A stretch of DNA of 46,363 bases from Planctomycetota bacterium (GCA_038060895.1 JBBTCT010000041.1:1-46363); one strand, 5' to 3'; shown: positions 25,681-36,727, numbered from the stretch's first letter. Translations and numbers: made by a program. Notes: generated from the letters alone by a model not told the origin.

Positions 25681-27288
25681 TCAGCGGACCTCCGCCCCTT
25701 CCTTCGGTCGGCCCGCCGGCTTGTCGCACGGCAGGAAGTCTGAGTGGCCTCCGCCGATCTTCGCGAGGTTCTGGAGGATCACCTTCTTTGTCGCGGCGTG
25801 CGTGTGGTAGAGGCAGTTGATGACGATGTTCTCGTCGTCGTGGATGAAGCGCCCGCGGAAGTAGAGGTCCTTTTCGTCGTTGGGGTAGGTGTCGGTGATG
25901 AGGACCATGCGTTTCCGCGGCACGCGCGACCAGTCGAGCATGAGAGAAACCTGGAGGGCCTTCTCGGCAGCCGAGCCCTCGCCCGCGTTGCCCCCGGAGA
26001 AACCGAGGTGCATCATGTAGTCGCGCACCTTTTCGATGTCGCGCGTGAAGAAGAGGACATCGGTGAGGTACTGCTGGCCGTAGTCGCGGAAGGCGATGAA
26101 GGAGAAGCGGAAATCGCTGGCGAGGTCGCGGTACATGAAGCGTTCCTCAACGAGCTTCTTGATGCACTCCTTCGCGTCGGTCATGGTCAGCGTGGTGTCG
26201 CAGATGTAGGCGAGATCCTCGCCGGCTTCGTCGCGTTCGTACGGCGGCGGCGCCTTGCGCTCCTCCTCGACCGGCTCCTGCGTCTCCGCCGGGCGATCCG
26301 GCTCCTGCACGGTGGTATCGCTCCCGCCCGGGCCGGCGGCCGGCTTCTTGCCCGGCTGGGGTTTCGGCGGGGCGGGGGGCGCCGGCGGCGCCGCGTTGCG
26401 CTGCGCGATCGACTGCGCGAGCGCGCGCTTTGCGATCCGGACGAAAATCTCGTTGCGCCAGTACGTGATCTCGAGGTGCGTGTCGCGCGGGTCCGCTTCG
26501 CGCTTCGACGCCTTCTGCAGGCACGCCGTCGCTTCCGCCCCGCCGATCCGGCCGAGGGCGAGCATCGATTCGCACTGCACGTCGAGGTCCTTGTCGTCGA
26601 CGGCCTTGAGGAGGTGCGGGACGCCCGCGCCGTCCCCGGCCTGGCCAAGCGCCTCCGCGGCCGCGGTGCGCAGCTCCCATTCCGGGTAGTGGAGGGCCTC
26701 GATGAGCGCGTCGACGGCCTCCTGGGTCGCGACCCGGCCGAGGGCGCGGATGCACAGCGCGCGGACGAGGATCTTCGACCACGTCTGCGCGCCCGCGTCG
26801 GCGCCGACCCGGTGCTCCGGCTCGAATCCCGCGATTCCCTTGCGCATTCCCTCGATCAGGTTCGCGACGGCGTCCTTGCTCTTCGACTTCCAGACCAGGT
26901 GCGCGCCGGCGTTGAGGTACTTTTTGGGAGCGCTCGAAGTGCACAGCCGGGCCGCGAACAGGGGAGCCTTGGGGTGTTCGCGGCTGAAGAGGCCGTTGAT
27001 GGCGGTGAGGCGGACGTTGGGGTGGGAGTCGTCGTGAGCGACCATCTGAAGATAGAGGTCGGCGGACTTGTCGAGGACCTCCACGAACAGCTTCACGGCG
27101 GCGCAGCGCTGGACGTCGTCCTCGGTGTCGTAGAGTTTCCGGGCGGCATTGATCGCCGGGCCGACGCCTTCCGGAAGGTTGGGTTCCGGCGGAGGAAGCG
27201 GGACCGGCCGGTTACCGCCGGCGAATGCAGGAATGGCCAGAACGAGGGCAAGGAGAGCCGAGAGGTGGAGGCGCATGGGGGACTGCAT
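25681..27288 (-). CDS. Exported HEAT-repeat + VWA-domain protein
   Basis: Signal peptide; PBS-lyase-like HEAT repeats (ALGRV, AAEALGQ, ALGRIG); Pro-rich linker; VWA with DTTLTM, FRDY, ITD. Alternative start 27276. Confidence 0.8.
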   Translation of the reverse strand: MQSPMRLHLSALLALVLAIPAFAGGNRPVPLPPPEPNLPEGVGPAINAARKLYDTEDDVQRCAAVKLFVEVLDKSADLYLQMVAHDDSHPNVRLTAINGLFSREHPKAPLFAARLCTSSAPKKYLNAGAHLVWKSKSKDAVANLIEGMRKGIAGFEPEHRVGADAGAQTWSKILVRALCIRALGRVATQEAVDALIEALHYPEWELRTAAAEALGQAGDGAGVPHLLKAVDDKDLDVQCESMLALGRIGGAEATACLQKASKREADPRDTHLEITYWRNEIFVRIAKRALAQSIAQRNAAPPAPPAPPKPQPGKKPAAGPGGSDTTVQEPDRPAETQEPVEEERKAPPPYERDEAGEDLAYICDTTLTMTDAKECIKKLVEERFMYRDLASDFRFSFIAFRDYGQQYLTDVLFFTRDIEKVRDYMMHLGFSGGNAGEGSAAEKALQVSLMLDWSRVPRKRMVLITDTYPNDEKDLYFRGRFIHDDENIVINCLYHTHAATKKVILQNLAKIGGGHSDFLPCDKPAGRPKEGAEVR

Positions 27289-27430
27289 TGCATCGCCCGT
27301 GCCACCGCCGCACTGTTAACGTAAAACGTTGTCCCACAATAAGTTGAGACGATTCATAGAATTTGACTCGCCGTTAAAATCAAGGGCGCATTGACACTTC
27401 AAGCAAACGCCTTTGACACCCATTGAACCA

Positions 27431-27492
27431 ACCTACTCCCTACCTCCTACTCAATCCTCAATCCTCAACACTCCGTACTCAGCACCCCCGCC
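27431..27492. repeat. 7-nt-period pyrimidine-rich repeat arm
   Basis: cctactc cctacct cctactc aatcctc aatcctc aacactc cgtactc agcaccc. Confidence 0.75.
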
Positions 27493-27494
27493 CC

Positions 27495-28088
27495 TCAAGC
27501 AACGGTCATCCCCCCAACCTCCCACCTCTTCGCATACGGCGGCTCCTTCGGCAGCGAATCCAGCCCACGTTGCTCGCCCATCAGTTGCTCAAACTGACGC
27601 CGCTTCCACCACGCTCCCACAGCGATCGTGGCGCCCATAAACGCGAACGCGAGCCCGAGGAGAATCGCCTCCCAGAGCGGCTCTTCCGCCACGATGAACG
27701 ACTCCGCGGGATTCGCCGGGTTGTAGTGCACCCGGCAGGCGCCGGTGCGAAGCGACCGCAGCGCGTTCTCGCGCAGCGAGTACGTGAATCCCATTGTGGG
27801 GATCGCGATCGACTGCTCCGCGGTCACGGGCTTTTCGTCGAGCAGGAACACGTACGTCGCGACGCGCGAGCTGGCAGCGCTTCCGGCGACGACCCGGTCG
27901 GCGCGGTTTTCGACCTCGAGCACGACACCGTCCGCGACCGGCCAGTCCTCGCGTTCGAGCGTGCGTTGAACGTCCCGCACGCCGAGTCCCGCGATCCAGA
28001 GACCGGTCAATGCCCCGATCGAGCCGGCCACGATGGCGAAGGTCCAGACTTCGAAGCGGCGTACGGCGAGCCAGCGGTTCAGGCGCAT
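27495..28088 (-). CDS. DUF3592-like membrane protein (array copy D)
   Basis: TM, WPVADGVV, Y.F, VHYNPANPAES, TM. Confidence 0.75.
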   Translation of the reverse strand: MRLNRWLAVRRFEVWTFAIVAGSIGALTGLWIAGLGVRDVQRTLEREDWPVADGVVLEVENRADRVVAGSAASSRVATYVFLLDEKPVTAEQSIAIPTMGFTYSLRENALRSLRTGACRVHYNPANPAESFIVAEEPLWEAILLGLAFAFMGATIAVGAWWKRRQFEQLMGEQRGLDSLPKEPPYAKRWEVGGMTVA

Positions 28089-28115
28089 GGGTGTCTCCTG
28101 GGGGGCCAGCTTAGC

Positions 28116-28173
28116 AGGGGGTAGGGGGTAGGAGGTAGTGGGTAGGCAGGGCAGAGTCAGGGCTGGGAGTGAG
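28116..28173. repeat. 7-nt-period purine-rich repeat arm (inverse of 27431-27492)
   Basis: gggggta gggggta ggaggta gtgggta ggcagg...; GTAGGAGGTAG is the reverse complement of CTACCTCCTAC in the left arm. Confidence 0.65.
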
Positions 28174-28193
28174 ATGCCCCAAAGTTGCGGCCG

Positions 28194-28793
28194 TCACGCG
28201 GATTGCGGGTGCCGCCTGCGAGAGATGTGTAGTCCTTCCATGAGCCAGAGGCCTGCCAGGGTCAACCCGACGGTGGCCACCAGGGCGAAGGTCCAGGTTG
28301 CTCCCGCCACCGTTGTCTCCAAAGCGCAGTCGGAGGGGTCGGCCGGATTGAAGCGGACTTGGGCGCGCCTCCCGGCGGGATAGCGAAGCGCTGCTTCACG
28401 GGCGCCCTGGCGCGCCGCCGGACCAGACTCGACGCCGAAGCGCAGGCGTGAGCCCTCGAAGCGTTGCCCGTCCCGCTCGAAAGTGTAAGTGAGTGCAAGG
28501 ACCTCGCACGGGTGCTGCGCGCTTCGGCCTTTCGTCTGGACGAGATGCGAGGAGGTCACGACGCCCGGGCTCGTCGGCCAATGGCGGGATTGCGTCGCAT
28601 GAAAGAAGACGGGAAAAGCCTGGGTGGCGCCGAAGAACCCGATGGCCGCGAAGAGGAGCGCAGCTGCAAAGTGGCCGAACGCGCCGAGCCGGGAGGAAGG
28701 GGCGTTGGAGTCGAACGGGCAGAGGAGAGCTGCGGCGACGTCGATTGGGAGCGCGACGGAGCGGCGGGTTTCTGGAGGGAGGATAGGAAGCAT
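28194..28793 (-). CDS. DUF3592-like membrane protein (copy C)
   Basis: WPTSPGVVTSS, YTFERDGQRFEG, YPAG..VRFNPADPSDC; start uncertain. Confidence 0.8.
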   Translation of the reverse strand: MLPILPPETRRSVALPIDVAAALLCPFDSNAPSSRLGAFGHFAAALLFAAIGFFGATQAFPVFFHATQSRHWPTSPGVVTSSHLVQTKGRSAQHPCEVLALTYTFERDGQRFEGSRLRFGVESGPAARQGAREAALRYPAGRRAQVRFNPADPSDCALETTVAGATWTFALVATVGLTLAGLWLMEGLHISRRRHPQSA

Positions 28794-28922
28794 GGGAGGA
28801 GACAGACACAAATCAGGGGCCGGGGGGTGGAGGAGCGACTTCGACGCAAGTCTATTGACAACAACATCTTGTGACTACTGACGCGGGCCGGCTTCCGTTC
28901 AGACCAGCACCCTCGCGTTCAG

Positions 28923-29435
28923 TTACGCGCTTCCAGGCGCTCCCCGCTGCCACCAGTTCGCAAAACCCAGCCCCAGCGCAAGCGCCAGCATGAGCGCCCC
29001 AATCCCCGAGAAGACCCATTGCAGGACACCCATCTCCGGCCGCAGGCATGACTCGACCGGGTCCTCCGGGTTGTAGTACACGTCGCACGCCGCGCCCGGC
29101 GAGTACCGCTTCAGGTCCTCGTACGGCCCGCTCCCCGAGGTGTACACCACGATCGGTTCGAGCTTGTCTCCCGTGAAGCGCTTCCCGCCCGTTTCGAATT
29201 CGTACTTCACGATGCAGGCGCGCGTGCTGTTGCCCTTCTTCGAGCTCGATGTCTGGATGGAGCTTTCGAGGATCTTCCCCGGCGTAGTCGGCCAGCGCGA
29301 GGCGCGGATGCAGGGAACACTCATGCCGACGCCGACGCCGCCGAAGACGAGGGCGAAGAGGCCGAAGAGGAGGGCGACGCCCCAGGGGGTTTTCAGCCGG
29401 CCGCCGGGGACCGTGCCTGTTTTTATTTCGAACAT
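28923..29435 (-). CDS. DUF3592-like membrane protein (copy B)
   Basis: WPTTPGKILESS, YEFETGGKRFTG, YSPG..VYYNPEDP.ESCL. Confidence 0.85.
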   Translation of the reverse strand: MFEIKTGTVPGGRLKTPWGVALLFGLFALVFGGVGVGMSVPCIRASRWPTTPGKILESSIQTSSSKKGNSTRACIVKYEFETGGKRFTGDKLEPIVVYTSGSGPYEDLKRYSPGAACDVYYNPEDPVESCLRPEMGVLQWVFSGIGALMLALALGLGFANWWQRGAPGSA

Positions 29436-29454
29436 GAAGCGCTCCCTCGGACCG

Positions 29455-29961
29455 TCAGAGGCGGCCCAGCCCCATAAACACCCGCGCGAAGCTGAAACCG
29501 CACGCGAGCACCATGACCATGCCGACTAGGACGAAGATCCAGCCGACCGTCGTCGTGCCCATCTCGAGGCAGTTCACGGCCGGGTCGGCCGGGTCGTAGT
29601 GAACCGTGCACGGGCCGCCGCGCGGGTACTCGAGAAGATGGTCGTGGGCCGCGGAGCTCGATTCGTTCTGGTTGCCGGTCGGATCCAGCTTGTCCCCGGC
29701 GAAGTGGGTTCCGTTGACGCTGAAGTGGTACTTCACTTCGCACCGATACGACGTCTTGCCGCGCCGGCCCCGGCTGGTGACGATCTTCGCGTCGTCGACC
29801 ACGCCCTGGACGACAGGCCACTTCTCCGCAGCCGAGACGCGGTGGTGATGCCAGATCCCGAAGCAGATCGCGCCGATCCCGAGAACAAGCCCGAGGCCGC
29901 TTCCGACCAGCTTTCCGAAGACCTGACCGCGGTTTCGGCGGGTGAGAAGACGCACCGGCAA
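29455..29961 (-). CDS. DUF3592-like membrane protein (copy A)
   Basis: WPVVQGVV, YHFSVNGTHFAG, YPRG..VHYDPADP..NCL. Confidence 0.85.
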   Translation of the reverse strand: MPVRLLTRRNRGQVFGKLVGSGLGLVLGIGAICFGIWHHHRVSAAEKWPVVQGVVDDAKIVTSRGRRGKTSYRCEVKYHFSVNGTHFAGDKLDPTGNQNESSSAAHDHLLEYPRGGPCTVHYDPADPAVNCLEMGTTTVGWIFVLVGMVMVLACGFSFARVFMGLGRL

Positions 29962-30006
29962 TCTCCTGAGTTTCGAGGAGCGGGATTGTAAGGCGGCCGG
30001 GGGGGA

Positions 30007-31689
<1,683 letters not shown>

Positions 31690-32013
31690 GGTGGGAGCTC
31701 AATGTGGCGAAGAGTTCACGTTAACCGATCCGTTCGGGTTGGGAAGTGTTGGACCCGGCGGCTGAGGAGCACCTCACCAGGGCGCTGGACCTGGCCGGGA
31801 CAGGAAACGATTCTGCGGAGCCGACCTGCCGTACGCGGCTGACCCTCCCCGATCCCTGTTACGCCACCGAACGCTTCCCGGAAGCCGATTCCTTCGCGGG
31901 CCGAGCAGTCCGGCCTGGAGTTCGAAGCGCGCAAGTAGTCTTGCGTGATGTCTTCGAATGGCGGCGGCAGTTTCCGGCTCAAATTCCGTGCGACTTCGGC
32001 ACAATTCTCCCCC

Positions 32014-32736
32014 GTGCCTGAACTACCCCACAATCCTTCCGGTGTCGGATTCCCGGAGACCCTCTGGTCCAAGGTCGCCTCCGCGGGCCAGGGCTCCGAC
32101 GCAGCCCTCAGCCTGCTTTCCCGCTGGTACCGGCCCGTCATCCTCAAGCTCGTGACCTGGTACCTCGACTCCCACGACCGCCGGAGGCACGATCCTGAGG
32201 ACCTCACGCAGGAGTTTTTCCTGCACCTGCTCGAGCATCGCCTCGATGTCTTCGGCGCCGCCAACCCGGAAAAGGGTCGCTTCCGCGCCTGGTTGCGCAC
32301 CTGCCTGAAGTACTGGCTTCACAACTGGAGCGACCGCGAGCGGGCGCAGAAGCGGGGAGGCGACCTCGTAGTCGCCTCGCTCGACGAGAGCGAAGTCTCC
32401 GTCGCGGCGCCCGGGAGCCTGGAGAGTGAGTTCAACCGGCGGTGGGCCGAGGGCGTCATGGCCCGCGCCGACGGCAAGCTCCGGGAGGATGCCTCTGCCC
32501 GGCGGCTGGAGAAGCACGACCTGGACGTCTGGGATCTGAAGCTGGGGCCCGAGGCGCCCTCCGACCGCGAGATCGCAGAGCGCCTGGACCTCAAGGAGAA
32601 CGAGGTCGTGGTTTCGCTCCGGCGCTCGCGGCGGCGCTTCGAGGATCACCTCCGGAAAGAAGTCTCCTCCACGGTGTCCTCGGCAGGAGAGATTGACGAA
32701 GAGATCACTGAGCTGATGCGCTGCCTGGGAAAGTGA
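32014..32736 (+). CDS. ECF sigma-70 factor (FPxTxWS type)
   Basis: FPETLWS, EDLTQEFF, KGRFRAWL, AQKRGG, region-4 HTH (REIAERLDL..R.RRRF); start uncertain (31945-32014). Confidence 0.88.
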   Translation: MPELPHNPSGVGFPETLWSKVASAGQGSDAALSLLSRWYRPVILKLVTWYLDSHDRRRHDPEDLTQEFFLHLLEHRLDVFGAANPEKGRFRAWLRTCLKYWLHNWSDRERAQKRGGDLVVASLDESEVSVAAPGSLESEFNRRWAEGVMARADGKLREDASARRLEKHDLDVWDLKLGPEAPSDREIAERLDLKENEVVVSLRRSRRRFEDHLRKEVSSTVSSAGEIDEEITELMRCLGK

Positions 32737-32781
32737 GGACCCGGACAGGTCCGGCTCACCGCGCCGCGTGGCGCAGGACTG

Positions 32782-32824
32782 AAAAAAGACCGGACCCGCC
32801 GTGAGACGGCGGGTCCGATCGGTC
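32782..32824. terminator. Intrinsic terminator between convergent genes
   Basis: aaaaaagacc-GGACCCGCCGT-gag-ACGGCGGGTCC. Confidence 0.8.
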
Positions 32825-32835
32825 GCTCCTGTTCG

Positions 32836-33288
32836 CTACTTTTTCTTTTCGTCGTCGTCGATCCCGTCGTCGTCGACCACCGGGTCAGCCCCGTGCGCTC
32901 CCCCGCCGTTGCCGGGATTGTCCTCGTCGTCGTGATCTTCGTTGTTGCCGTGGCCCTTGTTGTCCTTTCCGTCTTCCGCGAGGGGCTCCTCGGCCGGCTG
33001 CTCCTCGACGACCGGGGGCTCCTCAGCGGGCTGGTCCTCGACCACCGGCGCCGGGGGGGGCGTTTTCTTCTTGGGCGCCTCGCTCTTTCCCGACTTCTTT
33101 TCGACCACGGGCGGCTTGGTCACTTCGGACTTCGCTTTCTTCACAGGCGCCACTTTCGGGCAGGCCGGCGCCTTGGCAGCCGGGATCTTGTCGGTGTCGA
33201 AGCCAGGGGCCGAGGTCCCGCCCGCTTCGCACATGACCGTGGAGACGACAAGGAAGAGGGCAGCGACGATCAGCGTGAGTGTCTTCAT
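32836..33288 (-). CDS. Secreted low-complexity protein with GHGNN-D-NPG tail
   Basis: RBS AGGAGG; signal peptide MKTLTLIVAALFL; Lys/Pro-rich then acidic repeats (EDQPAEEPPVV/EEQPAEEP); DNKGHGNNEDHDDEDNPG. Confidence 0.75.
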   Translation of the reverse strand: MKTLTLIVAALFLVVSTVMCEAGGTSAPGFDTDKIPAAKAPACPKVAPVKKAKSEVTKPPVVEKKSGKSEAPKKKTPPPAPVVEDQPAEEPPVVEEQPAEEPLAEDGKDNKGHGNNEDHDDEDNPGNGGGAHGADPVVDDDGIDDDEKKK

Positions 33289-33471
33289 GATGGGCCTCCT
33301 GGGGGGTGAGCGTTCGTCTGACTTGTCTTCGGCAAACACCCCTAAAGCGAATCCCCGGGTTTCTGACGAACTATCCCGGAATTCTCTTGCCCGCGGCCGT
33401 TCAACCGACAGGAACCTCAAAACTGCCTTGCGCGCCGCCGGCTGCGGGGATCTCGGAGAAGGGAGCGGGGG

Positions 33472-33509
33472 CACAAAAAAAGACCGGGGCAGGTGCCCCG
33501 GTCTTTGTG
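33472..33509. terminator. Intrinsic terminator
   Basis: cacaaaaaAAGACCGGGGC-aggt-GCCCCGGTCTTtgtg. Confidence 0.85.
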
Positions 33510-33521
33510 GATCACGTTCCG

Positions 33522-35012
33522 TTACTTTTCGCCGAGAAGCGTCAGCAGCCGCTCCGCCTGGAGCCGCACCGCCATCGCCTCGACCTTCGGGTCGTCTGAG
33601 CCGAGCTTCATGCGAAGCTCCTGTGTCGACCAGAACTTCTTCGACGGCGCGCCGTCCTCGCCGAGCTTCTTCAGCACGTCCTGCGGGATCGAGCCGTCGA
33701 GAAACGTCTCCGGCTTCGCGAACGCCGCGGCGCCGTACGCCCGGAACACCAGGTCCGCGGCCCCGCCGAAGCCCTCACGCACGCCGTCCCCGCTCATCGC
33801 GTCGCTCTCCTTCATGTCCGCAAGCGCCCTCGAGAGTAGCTGAAGCGACGCCTTGATCCGGTCGCCCGCCTCGCGGTCGAGCACGGCCTGCTGCTCCTTG
33901 TCCAGCCTGTGGCGCACCCGCGCCGGCTCAGATCCCTCCCCGACGAACTCGAGCAGGCGGTCGCAACCGACCTCGAGCAGGTCCGACCGCATCTCGTTCT
34001 CGGGCGCACCCACCGACGACGCGGCTTCCTTCCAGAGCTGGGCGCGCAATTGCGCCGCAGCGATTGCCGTCTTCACCTGCCGCTGGTCCACCGCGCGCCA
34101 CTCGTCGATCGCCGTCCAGGTCGCCGAGCGCGCTTCGTCGACATCCGCCGTCGGGTCGCCCGGCGCGACCGGCGAGAAAATCGCATGCAGCTTGCGGAGC
34201 TCCGCTTCCAGCTCGCCCCGGCGCTGCGCGAGATCGCGAAGCTGCGAGGCACGCTCCTGGAAGCGCCAGAAGAGGACTTCAAGACGCGTTCCGGACGGCT
34301 CTTCGCCGAGCTCCGGAATCTCCGTCGAGAACCTCGCGTCGCTGGCCTTCAGGCCGTCGAACATCGGCCTGAAGCGGGCCGTGCCCAGCGCCTCGCGGTT
34401 CGCGGCGCGGCGGTCGTCGTACTTCTTCGCGAGCTCGTTGCGCTCCTCGTCCGTCACTAACCGAGCCTGGATGTCGAGATGAAGGAGCGCGCGGGCCTTG
34501 TCGAAGACGATCATCCCGTCCAGCTCCATGCCCTTGCGCAGCGACGCGACCCGCCTCGCAAACTCCGCCTTCTCCAGCCGCAGGGCAGCGATCTGCCCGG
34601 GGCGAAGCGGCGTCCCGGACTTCATGGCCGCTTCGAGCGCCGCGATCGGGACCACGATCGCAAGCTCGCGGGTCTTGACGACGTCCTTCGATTTCCAGAT
34701 CGCGACCAGTTCCGTCGCGGCGTCGATCGCGGTCGTCGGGAACGATTCCGCGAGGTGGTCGCGCTTCCAGGCCGCGCGAAGAACCTCGAGTGCCGCTTCC
34801 GGCGTCGCGAACATCTCGTCCAGCGACTTCCTCTCCGCGGCCAGCGTGTCGCGCATGTCGCGAAGCTCGGCTTTGGACTCGGAAGCGGTCATGACGAACG
34901 GCGACGGGCGGGGGAGGGTGGTTTTCTCTTCGGCCGTCGCGCGGTTGGTGATGATGGCGGACGCGGCGAGGCCAAGAATGAGGGTGAGGGCGATGTTTCG
35001 GATGCTCAACAT
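33522..35012 (-). CDS. Exported helical/coiled-coil hypothetical protein
   Basis: RBS TAGGAG; signal peptide; Ala/Glu/Arg/Leu-rich helical sequence; own terminator. Confidence 0.75.
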   Translation of the reverse strand: MLSIRNIALTLILGLAASAIITNRATAEEKTTLPRPSPFVMTASESKAELRDMRDTLAAERKSLDEMFATPEAALEVLRAAWKRDHLAESFPTTAIDAATELVAIWKSKDVVKTRELAIVVPIAALEAAMKSGTPLRPGQIAALRLEKAEFARRVASLRKGMELDGMIVFDKARALLHLDIQARLVTDEERNELAKKYDDRRAANREALGTARFRPMFDGLKASDARFSTEIPELGEEPSGTRLEVLFWRFQERASQLRDLAQRRGELEAELRKLHAIFSPVAPGDPTADVDEARSATWTAIDEWRAVDQRQVKTAIAAAQLRAQLWKEAASSVGAPENEMRSDLLEVGCDRLLEFVGEGSEPARVRHRLDKEQQAVLDREAGDRIKASLQLLSRALADMKESDAMSGDGVREGFGGAADLVFRAYGAAAFAKPETFLDGSIPQDVLKKLGEDGAPSKKFWSTQELRMKLGSDDPKVEAMAVRLQAERLLTLLGEK

Positions 35013-35204
35013 GGGAGGAGTCTCCTAAGAGTTGAGCGTATGAGAAGCAACTGAAAGGCCCGTCAGGGTTGTGGGTGCGAGAACGATGTAAACTGCTGTA
35101 TATATTGGAGTTGCGCCTGTGAATCAGGTCGGATACAGCGTTCCAATTCAAGTGTCTTGCGTACGATAAACATTCAGGTCCTCGACGCGACCCATCCGAA
35201 CGCG

Positions 35205-35370
35205 CCGACGCAAGCACGTTCAGGAAATCCCGTGGCCGCACGATCCGCACGCCCCGGGAATCCTTGAGATCCAGCAGGTGGCGGTCGCCGCTGACGAGGA
35301 AGGACGCCTGGCCGTGGAGCGCAGCCGCGACGTCCTTGTCATCGTCGGAATCCGCCTCGACGATCCGCTC
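35205..35370 (-). pseudogene. C-terminal fragment of a PIN-domain toxin
   Basis: ADSDDDKDVAAALHGQASFLVSGDRHLLDLKDSRGVRIVRPRDFL matches the D-DD...vsGD-HLL..P..FL end of PIN toxins; no N-terminal half, no nearby stop. Confidence 0.65.
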
Positions 35371-35482
35371 GCCGGCCTCGCCTTCCGCCAGCACGCCGAG
35401 GTGGGCGACACGCGCCCGTCAGGACGTTGGGCGGCCTTGACGCGCCGCGTCAGTTCGAGCCGGGCCTGGTCCCCCGTGCGGC

Positions 35483-36727
35483 TTACTTCCCCTTCTTCGT
35501 CAGCGCCTCGTCCACCGACCCTTCCAGCGCCCCGCCACGGCACGCCTGCCCGACGGCGAGAATCTCGCCGGTGTCGCCGTCAATGAGGTAGCAGGCCGGG
35601 ATGGAATGGATGCCATAGATCTGCGCGATCTCGGCCTTCCAGCCTCCGCCGTCGTAGACGTGGGGCCAGGTCATCTTCTTCTCCGCGCAGACCTCCTTAA
35701 TCTTCTTCTCCGCGTTCGGCTGGTCGAGCGAGACGCCCAGGACCTCGAAGCCGCGGCCCTTGTACTTCTCGTACGCCGCGACGAGCCCCGGGACCTCCTT
35801 CATGCACGGCCCGCACCACGTCGCCCAGAAGTCGAGGAGGACGACCTTGCCCTTGTAGTCGGAAGGGAACTTCACGATCCGGCCGTCGAGCAATTTCGCC
35901 TCGAACGGCGTGATCGGCTGGCCGGCGGAATGATCCGGGGGCGTCGAGCCCTCGGGGACTTCCTCGGTGGATTTCGCCATCGCGAAGCTGCCGCCGTCCT
36001 TCGTCATGCCCGAGATCTCCCAGGCGGTGCCGGCCACGTTAAAGGGCTTGCGGATGTCGAAGCGCTCCGTGGCCGCGTCGAACTTCCCGTTTGCGTTGAT
36101 GTCGACGAGGAAGAGCACGCCGCAGCGGCCCCCATCGGTTGCGGGCTGGACGCCGCGGAAGTCGCCGCAGCAGATGACGTCGGCGAGCGCGACGTGGTAG
36201 GCCTTGTCGCCGAGCTTGAGCTCACCCTCGCGGGCGTAGTCGGCGGCGTAGAAGAGGCCATCCTTCGCGGCCGGGTCCTTCTTGTCGGACGCGAAGAGCG
36301 CGACGGTCACGCTCACAGCGGCCTCCTTCGTCCCGATGTTCAGCTTCGCAGAGCCGGCCATACCCGGGAACTTCGTCTTCTCCTTCGACGGCTTCCAGTC
36401 CGCCGCCGGGTCGTCCGTCAGGTCACCGTTCCCGTTCGCGTCCACCCAGAGCTTCGACGTCTTGCCCGCGGGCTCGTCCAGGAGGACGTGGAACGTCGCC
36501 CCCTCCGGCCCCGCCAGCCGCAGCACGCCGAACCGCGGCGCGGCCAACCCTGCCGGCACCTTCGTCACCGTCGCTGGCTGGTCCGCCGACAGCTTCGCGT
36601 CCTGCGGCGTCCAAACGCCGATCCGGGCGCGCTCGCCGTTGGGGAGGAGCTTCAGCTTGATGTCGTCAGCCGCGGCGGTCGAGGCGGCGAGGAGGGCGGC
36701 GGCGAGCACGGAGGCGCGGGGGATCAT
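35483..36727 (-). CDS. Exported TlpA-family disulfide reductase with N-terminal extension
   Basis: DYKGKVVLLDFWATWCGPC, GVSLD, SIPACYLIDG; DANGNGDLTDD and DINANGKFD motifs. Confidence 0.9.
   Translation of the reverse strand: MIPRASVLAAALLAASTAAADDIKLKLLPNGERARIGVWTPQDAKLSADQPATVTKVPAGLAAPRFGVLRLAGPEGATFHVLLDEPAGKTSKLWVDANGNGDLTDDPAADWKPSKEKTKFPGMAGSAKLNIGTKEAAVSVTVALFASDKKDPAAKDGLFYAADYAREGELKLGDKAYHVALADVICCGDFRGVQPATDGGRCGVLFLVDINANGKFDAATERFDIRKPFNVAGTAWEISGMTKDGGSFAMAKSTEEVPEGSTPPDHSAGQPITPFEAKLLDGRIVKFPSDYKGKVVLLDFWATWCGPCMKEVPGLVAAYEKYKGRGFEVLGVSLDQPNAEKKIKEVCAEKKMTWPHVYDGGGWKAEIAQIYGIHSIPACYLIDGDTGEILAVGQACRGGALEGSVDEALTKKGK

Noticed and set aside
31690-32013. Structured RNA or small ORF in the ETF-QO/ECF divergent gap
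   Set aside because: No recognisable riboswitch motif, RBS-supported ORF or convincing stem.
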